Shown here one piece after another: positions 58,323 through 64,000 of a stretch of 64,000 nucleotides of DNA; the stretch's first letter is position 1; each line of letters starts with the position of its first letter. The notes beneath the pieces were generated by a model. It was not told where the DNA came from. It made no database searches and saw only the letters and a program-made list of their open reading frames with translations. The DNA is from a virus: IMG/VR virus record IMGVR_UViG_3300017917_001274, positions 4,128 through 68,127 of that record; one strand, 5' to 3'. The translations under genes were made by a program, and so were the position numbers.

Positions 58323-59323
58323 TAAATTAATCTATCCTTCCAAGTAGCAGGAGTTTTTTCGTTCACAATTTCTAATTTGTATCTATAATTAAAAGGATGA
58401 GGTCCTCTTTCTTTAATATATTTTACTGTCTCTTCAATACTCTGTTCTAACGTGGCTTTAGTTTCATAACCGAGCAATTTACGAGCTTTATCGGCCGAAC
58501 AACTTGCATGTTTAACTTCTCTTGGACGATCTGGCATATGAATCGGATTACCTGCAAATTCGCAGGCGCTCATTACCTTTTGCGCCATTTCCTTAACTGT
58601 AACTGTTCCTTCGTCTGGACCAATATTGATTGTTTCATAAACAATGTTAGGATCTAATGCTAATTTTTCTAAGCATTGAATACAATCTCCCACATAACTA
58701 AAACATCTGGTTTGTAGACCGTCGCCGTAGATGATAGGAGCCTTTCCTTGTAATACACGATTAATCATAATGCTCATAACGTTTCTAAAAGGATCATCAT
58801 AGCATTGTCTTGGCCCTACAATATTATGTGGTATCGCAATATTCCATTCTAACCCGTGAGTTTCGCTTAACATTTTTAGAATATTTTCAGCGGCAACTTT
58901 AGCCACAGCATATGGATCTTCTGGCATAGGAGTCATATCTTCGGTATATGGAACTTGTTGATTTCCATATCTTGCCATACTTGAACAAAATACAAAACGT
59001 TTAACTTTATTCTGAATGGCAGCTGATATAGTGCTTACGCTTGCCTCGAAAATATTTTTTGTAATAAAACTTGGACTGAAGACGCTCAATCCTTCGTGAG
59101 CTGTAGCTGCGGCATGTATCACGATGTCAGACCCCGCCATTGCTGCAGATAATTTTTCGTTGTCGCAACAATCAATTTCAAAAAACTGAACTCCTGACGG
59201 AACATTATCTCGATAACCACCTATAAGATTATCATTCCCAGACACTTTATGTCCGAGTTCTATCATCCTGTCAGCCAAGTGACTACCTAAAAATCCTGCA
59301 ACTCCTGTAATAAAAATTTTCAT
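58322..59323 (-). CDS. NAD-dependent epimerase/dehydratase
   Basis: ITGVAGFLGSH, SSMARYG, YAVAK, GDGLQTRCFSYV. Confidence 0.9.
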   Translation of the reverse strand: MKIFITGVAGFLGSHLADRMIELGHKVSGNDNLIGGYRDNVPSGVQFFEIDCCDNEKLSAAMAGSDIVIHAAATAHEGLSVFSPSFITKNIFEASVSTISAAIQNKVKRFVFCSSMARYGNQQVPYTEDMTPMPEDPYAVAKVAAENILKMLSETHGLEWNIAIPHNIVGPRQCYDDPFRNVMSIMINRVLQGKAPIIYGDGLQTRCFSYVGDCIQCLEKLALDPNIVYETINIGPDEGTVTVKEMAQKVMSACEFAGNPIHMPDRPREVKHASCSADKARKLLGYETKATLEQSIEETVKYIKERGPHPFNYRYKLEIVNEKTPATWKDRLI

Positions 59324-59324
59324 T

Positions 59325-60098
59325 TTAATTCCTTATTTTATTATTAATATCGATAGCTTTGTCTAATAAGGCAAAAGGTTTTTCTAATTTTGATGCCATA
59401 TAGGATAATGCTTTAGTGTCTTTAGGAAAACAAGCCCCACCGAAACCATATTTACCGTCGGGTCCGGGAACATCAAAATGACTTGTTCCCAATCTCGGAT
59501 CAAATTTAATTCCTTTAACAACATTAGCATAATCAGCATTTATCGAAGTACACAAATCTTTTATTTGATTCATAAAAATAACTTTAGTGGCCAAAAAACT
59601 ATTAATCGTATATTTTATCATAGAGGCTTCTTCAATAGTACAAAACAGTTTTTTGTTTAATTTTGTTTGCCCCTTTTCTATAATTAAAAAGGCCTTTTCG
59701 CAGTAATCGATTTTTCCACCGATTATTGAAAATTCTCCCAACACATAATCTTCTTTTGCAGTTGCAGCTACTAAGAATTCAGGAGCATGAACTAAATTAG
59801 AATATTTTCTTTGTAGTGCGGCATATACCGTTGCTGGACACGTAACTTTAGAAATAATTACACCTTTGTAATCTTTTAAATTTTCTAAAACTGATTCTAA
59901 TATAGACGTATCACATGCCCCGTCGTCTAAACTTGGACTTGGCACACAAACAAAAATACCATCGCAAGAAAATAATTCTGTTTTATCTGCTTCAATGTTT
60001 TTAGCAGGATCGTGAGCAACTATTGTTATATTCTGCAATTGATAGGCGTGATTTATTGCACCCCCCACAAATCCTAAACCAATAATACCAATTTTCAT
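59325..60098 (-). CDS. UDP-glucose/GDP-mannose dehydrogenase family protein
   Basis: GIIGLGFVG, CVPSP, PEFL, KY..NSFLATK, GFGGACFPKD. Confidence 0.88.
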   Translation of the reverse strand: MKIGIIGLGFVGGAINHAYQLQNITIVAHDPAKNIEADKTELFSCDGIFVCVPSPSLDDGACDTSILESVLENLKDYKGVIISKVTCPATVYAALQRKYSNLVHAPEFLVAATAKEDYVLGEFSIIGGKIDYCEKAFLIIEKGQTKLNKKLFCTIEEASMIKYTINSFLATKVIFMNQIKDLCTSINADYANVVKGIKFDPRLGTSHFDVPGPDGKYGFGGACFPKDTKALSYMASKLEKPFALLDKAIDINNKIRN

Positions 60099-60757
60099 CT
60101 ATACTTCCTAATAAAATCTTGTAATGCCAACACGTCAGAATCTCTGTGTCTTTTTGTTCTTTCCCATAACCAATGATCTCTTTCTCGTAATGATAATCGA
60201 TCTTTTCTCGCTGTTGTGTCGTCTGCTGGATCTAAAATTATAGGTAAAGGAAAATTGTCCATTCTTACATATCTTCCTATACGTTGAGCCAATTCTCTTG
60301 TCCAAGTATCAACGTACCAATGCCAAAAATGCGGAGGCACAAAATATCCCAAAGCCGTGACCCAATTTCTATGGACGCAAAAATGAGGATTATTAACTTT
60401 TTTAATGCCCGGTACTATAGGATATACACACGCAATTTTATCTGGTATCTTAGAGAATTCATCTTCTACTAATGTATCCCAACCTGGAGTTTGAAATGTA
60501 GCGTCATCACCCATTAAAAAAAGAATATCTCCTTGGGCTATCTCTGCTAATCTATTCCAAGTATATGCCGGGCTTCTGTCTGGGCCTATTGTATAATATT
60601 TAGAATCTATTAATTTTTGATATTCGGCGAGACACGGATCGTCCTCGTTGATATACAATAAAATTTCAACATTATTTTTTGCTGTTGAAACTGCACTGTC
60701 TATCATCTTTTTTGCTAATTCTGGACGTCCCCTACTTGGACATAAAATACTAATCAT
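60095..60757 (-). CDS. Glycosyltransferase family 2-like
   Basis: ISILCPSRGRP, WNRLA, MGDD, HWYVD. Confidence 0.75.
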   Translation of the reverse strand: MISILCPSRGRPELAKKMIDSAVSTAKNNVEILLYINEDDPCLAEYQKLIDSKYYTIGPDRSPAYTWNRLAEIAQGDILFLMGDDATFQTPGWDTLVEDEFSKIPDKIACVYPIVPGIKKVNNPHFCVHRNWVTALGYFVPPHFWHWYVDTWTRELAQRIGRYVRMDNFPLPIILDPADDTTARKDRLSLRERDHWLWERTKRHRDSDVLALQDFIRKYR

Positions 60758-61707
60758 CCGTTAATCCATTTTACTATAGGGTCAATAAACTCTTTTTGTA
60801 TTCCCTGATAAATTATCTTTGTATCATAAAAGTGATTATGATTATGTTCTAACTTTTGCATGGTAATATTATCGTAAGGAACATAGGGAAAGTTGTAAAC
60901 ATTTTTCTTAAGTATAGCAATCTTTTCTTTTATATCAATAATGTCGTCATAGCTTTCGTCAAATAAATTTTCAAAAGTTTCAAATCCGTGATTTTTAAGA
61001 TTCTTTAAATAGCCAGGTGATGCAATAGTTATAACGGGATGAAAAAATGCCAAAGGTTTAAACATTTTTTCTGTTTTAAAAATTGGCTTTTCGTGATCGT
61101 AATAACTTTCTAATGTAAGACTAAAGTAAGTATCGTCGAACCAGCTATAATGAATTTCACGTACATCAGACTTTGCTGTACTACCGGGCAGATATATTCC
61201 GTCTTCGTACATACTATAAATTGCGTCAGGTATAATATCTCTTAGTTGTTCAAAAACTTCTCTTCTCCAACTTGCCTGACCTTTCCAATTTCTAATAGGC
61301 ATTAAAAACTTTTTCTTATAAGTTTTATTTGGTCTATAATTATGATATCCTCGAGACATATAATCTAAAGCTACTTGATGCCAAAAGAAATTTTCATAAA
61401 ACACAGTATTTGTTGCATTAGAATTTGAGCAACTTCCATATACAAATAGAATCCTTGGATCTTCTTTATAAACTGTAGCCCACTTTCCAGAATTACTTTC
61501 GCCTTGACCTTCTACGATAATTCGATTATTTGGATACGAGTCGTCTAAATGATTCCACTTACATCTTAGTCCTATGCATATAACATCATTAGGATGATAT
61601 TGTTTTCCCGGTTCTAATAATTCTAATTGTATTCCATTTTTTCTTACCAAATCGGCCATCCAGGGATCGAACCAAAAAGAAGCTTTTGTCGAGACAACTA
61701 TTTTCAT
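60754..61707 (-). CDS. Hypothetical protein, possible glycosyltransferase-like
   Basis: FSLTLES...FKTEKMFKPL...HP...LKNHGFETF, within the sugar cluster. Confidence 0.45.
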   Translation of the reverse strand: MKIVVSTKASFWFDPWMADLVRKNGIQLELLEPGKQYHPNDVICIGLRCKWNHLDDSYPNNRIIVEGQGESNSGKWATVYKEDPRILFVYGSCSNSNATNTVFYENFFWHQVALDYMSRGYHNYRPNKTYKKKFLMPIRNWKGQASWRREVFEQLRDIIPDAIYSMYEDGIYLPGSTAKSDVREIHYSWFDDTYFSLTLESYYDHEKPIFKTEKMFKPLAFFHPVITIASPGYLKNLKNHGFETFENLFDESYDDIIDIKEKIAILKKNVYNFPYVPYDNITMQKLEHNHNHFYDTKIIYQGIQKEFIDPIVKWING

Positions 61708-62675
61708 TAACTATCCTTCTTTCCTAAATTTATTTGTTCGGAAATCCAAGCATATGTAATTTCTAAACCTTTTTCTAAATTTTCATCTGGACTCCAGCCG
61801 ATAGTTTCTCTTATAAGTTTATTATGACTGTTTCTTCCCATTACTCCCATTGGTCCTGGAATATTTCTAATCAATGTATCTTTACCTGCAATTTGAGAAA
61901 TCAGCTTGGCTAAATTATTGATGCTGATCATGCGTTCACTTCCTAAGTTTAAAGGAAACTCGCAATCGCTGGCCATGATTTTATGTATACCTTCGACGCA
62001 TTCGTCTATGAATAGAAAACTTCTGGTCTGAGTTCCAGGACCCCAGACTTCAATAGACCCGTTGCTCATTGCCACCTTTCTGCATAACGCAGCAGGGGCC
62101 TTTTCTTTTCCGTTATTCCAAGAGCCCAGTGGACCAAAAATATTATGAAATCTTGCTATTCTTGCTCGAATACCGTGATTTCTGGCAAACGCCATAAACA
62201 CTCTTTCACTAAAAAGTTTTTCCCATCCGTATTCGCTATCTGGATTAGCAGGATATGCGGATTCCTCAGAGCACAGAGGATTGTCTGGATCTTCTTGATT
62301 ATAACTGGGATACATACAGGCGCTGGAACTATAAAAAATTCTCTTAATATCTTTCTTTACCATTTCATGTGCAATGTTTAAATTAATCATTGCTGAATTA
62401 TGCATAATATCTGCATCGTTATCGCCGGTAAAAATATATCCTGCACCGCCCATATCTGCGGCTAACTGATAAATTTCGTATATGTCATTAGTAAGTAATT
62501 TTTCTACGTTAGTTTGTATTCTAAGATCCATGATGTGAAATTCATCAGCATCTGTCTTACTGTATTCTGGATATTTTAAATCAGCACCGACTACGTAATG
62601 TCCTTGTTTTTTTAGACTGGTAACTAAATGCGTTCCTATAAAACCACCAGCTCCACATACTAATATTTTTTTCAT
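61707..62675 (-). CDS. GDP-mannose 3,5-epimerase-like NAD-dependent epimerase
   Basis: GAGGFIG, QLAADMGGAG, SSSACMYP, YGWEKL, RFHNIFGP, EKAPAALCRKV. Confidence 0.9.
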   Translation of the reverse strand: MKKILVCGAGGFIGTHLVTSLKKQGHYVVGADLKYPEYSKTDADEFHIMDLRIQTNVEKLLTNDIYEIYQLAADMGGAGYIFTGDNDADIMHNSAMINLNIAHEMVKKDIKRIFYSSSACMYPSYNQEDPDNPLCSEESAYPANPDSEYGWEKLFSERVFMAFARNHGIRARIARFHNIFGPLGSWNNGKEKAPAALCRKVAMSNGSIEVWGPGTQTRSFLFIDECVEGIHKIMASDCEFPLNLGSERMISINNLAKLISQIAGKDTLIRNIPGPMGVMGRNSHNKLIRETIGWSPDENLEKGLEITYAWISEQINLGKKDS

Positions 62676-62706
62676 ATAAAAATGTCCTTGCTTTAACTAT
62701 CGATAT

Positions 62707-63051
62707 TTATTTGGTGAATCCGACCGTCTCTCTTTCAATATCTTCGTGATCAAATTCAGCCCAATATAATTCGAATGCCACAGTGTCTTCGACTGCTTCA
62801 AATTGATGATATTCTCCGGGTGCAACTTTAGTATACTGACCTGCTGTTAGAACAGTTTCGTCGACAAGGTCGTAGTTATTTTTCCAAACTCTAATAATAA
62901 GTTTACCTTTTTCTACAAAAAACCCATTCCATTTGAATTTATGTTTATGTTTGGAACAAACTCCGCCAGCCTTGGCTTCAATTCTATGAAACTCTAATAC
63001 ACCGTTTGCCTCAAGCAATTCTGTTTGTCCCCATACTTTACCTGCTTTCAT
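62707..63051 (-). CDS. Cupin-fold protein
   Basis: GKVWG, CSKHKH, PGEYHQF. Confidence 0.75.
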   Translation of the reverse strand: MKAGKVWGQTELLEANGVLEFHRIEAKAGGVCSKHKHKFKWNGFFVEKGKLIIRVWKNNYDLVDETVLTAGQYTKVAPGEYHQFEAVEDTVAFELYWAEFDHEDIERETVGFTK

Positions 63052-63287
63052 ATTACACCCTTTATTTTTAAAAACAAATATTCATGCCTTTCGCACCATC
63101 GATATTCATAAATTGGTTCACCTGGACCAGTTAGTATCGATGTGCCCATATAGGCTGTTTTAAACCATAGATATTTACCAGTGTAAAAGCACCGCCTGGG
63201 TAATAAACTAAACTTTAATTCCCAACCAACGCATCTTCTTTTAAATGCTTGATCGTCCGATTCCCACAAGATGCTATCTAACGGCAT
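63048..63287 (-). CDS. Small hypothetical protein
   Basis: 79 aa, coupled. Confidence 0.5.
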   Translation of the reverse strand: MPLDSILWESDDQAFKRRCVGWELKFSLLPRRCFYTGKYLWFKTAYMGTSILTGPGEPIYEYRWCERHEYLFLKIKGVI

Positions 63288-63793
63288 TACATTAACTTAT
63301 GAAGTTGAAGAATTTCGCTCTGTCTACTAACTTCTTTGACAAAATAGACACAGGGCGGGTTTTCGCCGTCATGTAAAGGCACAGTTAATAATTGTCCATT
63401 TTTCATTTTAGGAAAATACCAACGTATATCTTGATAAATGTTTACAATTTCAATTGGCATAAAATCTATTTTAAATCCGTTAATAGGATTAAACACAAAT
63501 GCATCAAACCCTCGTTCGTTAATCGATGTCAAAGGCAATACTTCTGGATCAAGACCGCAGTTTTTATCGCCAACAACCATACACCAATCTAATGGCATTT
63601 GAACTTCATAACCGCCGATGTTTAATAAAATCGCAGGACTATTAAACGATTCTAAAAATATCAAAGGCATAAAAAAGAAATCTGGTTCTTGAGGATTACT
63701 ATTATCCAAGACTGAAAATCTTGTATCTTCATCTACCTCATCGGGTAATTCGTTTAAGTCGAATGCTCTGTTTTGTAAAGTTAAAATTCTCAT
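63287..63793 (-). CDS. Hypothetical phage protein
   Basis: 168 aa, ATGA-coupled to UvsW. Confidence 0.6.
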   Translation of the reverse strand: MRILTLQNRAFDLNELPDEVDEDTRFSVLDNSNPQEPDFFFMPLIFLESFNSPAILLNIGGYEVQMPLDWCMVVGDKNCGLDPEVLPLTSINERGFDAFVFNPINGFKIDFMPIEIVNIYQDIRWYFPKMKNGQLLTVPLHDGENPPCVYFVKEVSRQSEILQLHKLM

Positions 63794-64000
63794 ATTGTTA
63801 CCTTGGTTAATGTGAAAGGATATTTTGCTTCCTTGTAATATTTTTTACGTTCTGTGAGATGACGTTTAGCATATTTGCATTGACTGGTTATGTCCCAGAT
63901 TTGGACGAAGTCTTTGTCTTCTGCTTTCCTAATGCCTCGTCCAATGCTCTGTATAACGCGGACAAAGCTCTTTCCGGGCTCAATAAGAACCAGATTAAAA
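63790..64000 (-). CDS. uvsW: UvsW-like SF2 helicase, 3' end (partial)
   Basis: Minus-strand translation FNLVLIEPGKSFVRVIQSIGRGIRKAEDK...IWDI...RHLTERKKYY, with motif VI QSIGR. Confidence 0.85.
   Translation of the reverse strand, partial: FNLVLIEPGKSFVRVIQSIGRGIRKAEDKDFVQIWDITSQCKYAKRHLTERKKYYKEAKYPFTLTKVTI

Noticed and set aside
1-64000. CRISPR array
   Set aside because: No run of equal-length direct repeats with unique spacers was seen. The recurring motifs are promoters, RBSs and operators separated by whole genes.
1-64000. Stop-codon reassignment (common in large phages)
   Set aside because: Recognisable genes (aceA, ligase, helicase, hemA, clpP) are full length under code 11, and TAA, TGA and TAG all appear as real stops.

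Overview
The window looks like a segment of a large, T4-like ('jumbo'-type) dsDNA bacteriophage genome, probably infecting a proteobacterium, read in standard code 11. All product calls come from motif recognition by eye, with no database search. Three blocks are visible. (i) 1-26 kb: mostly minus-strand late/virion genes behind TAAATA late-promoter motifs, mixed with host-like metabolic genes (fatty-acid desaturase, class II aldolase, isocitrate lyase, SpeD, TerC/Alx under a yybP-ykoY Mn riboswitch, PstS under Pho boxes, Dps, 5-aminolevulinate synthase, ClpP, DNA ligase). (ii) 26.4-42.7 kb: a plus-strand early/host-takeover region with about 18 near-consensus sigma70 promoters, a tRNA-Ile2(CAU), AAA ATPases, a MoxR/VWA pair and many small ORFs. 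(iii) 43-64 kb: membrane proteins, a nucleotidyltransferase, helicase, carbamoyltransferase, primase, a 192-aa mini-DnaE, a sugar-modification cluster and the 3' end of UvsW. The most striking unexplained signal is in the early region. At least 13 early genes share an extended ribosome-binding site, GGAGCGAA or a close variant. Two other early transcripts end in hairpins with different stems but an identical loop, ATTCGCTCC, which is the exact complement of that RBS. This suggests a phage-encoded anti-Shine-Dalgarno RNA system controlling a whole gene class. The same region carries two families of palindromic operators and is bracketed by inward-facing GCGAAGC mini-hairpin elements.
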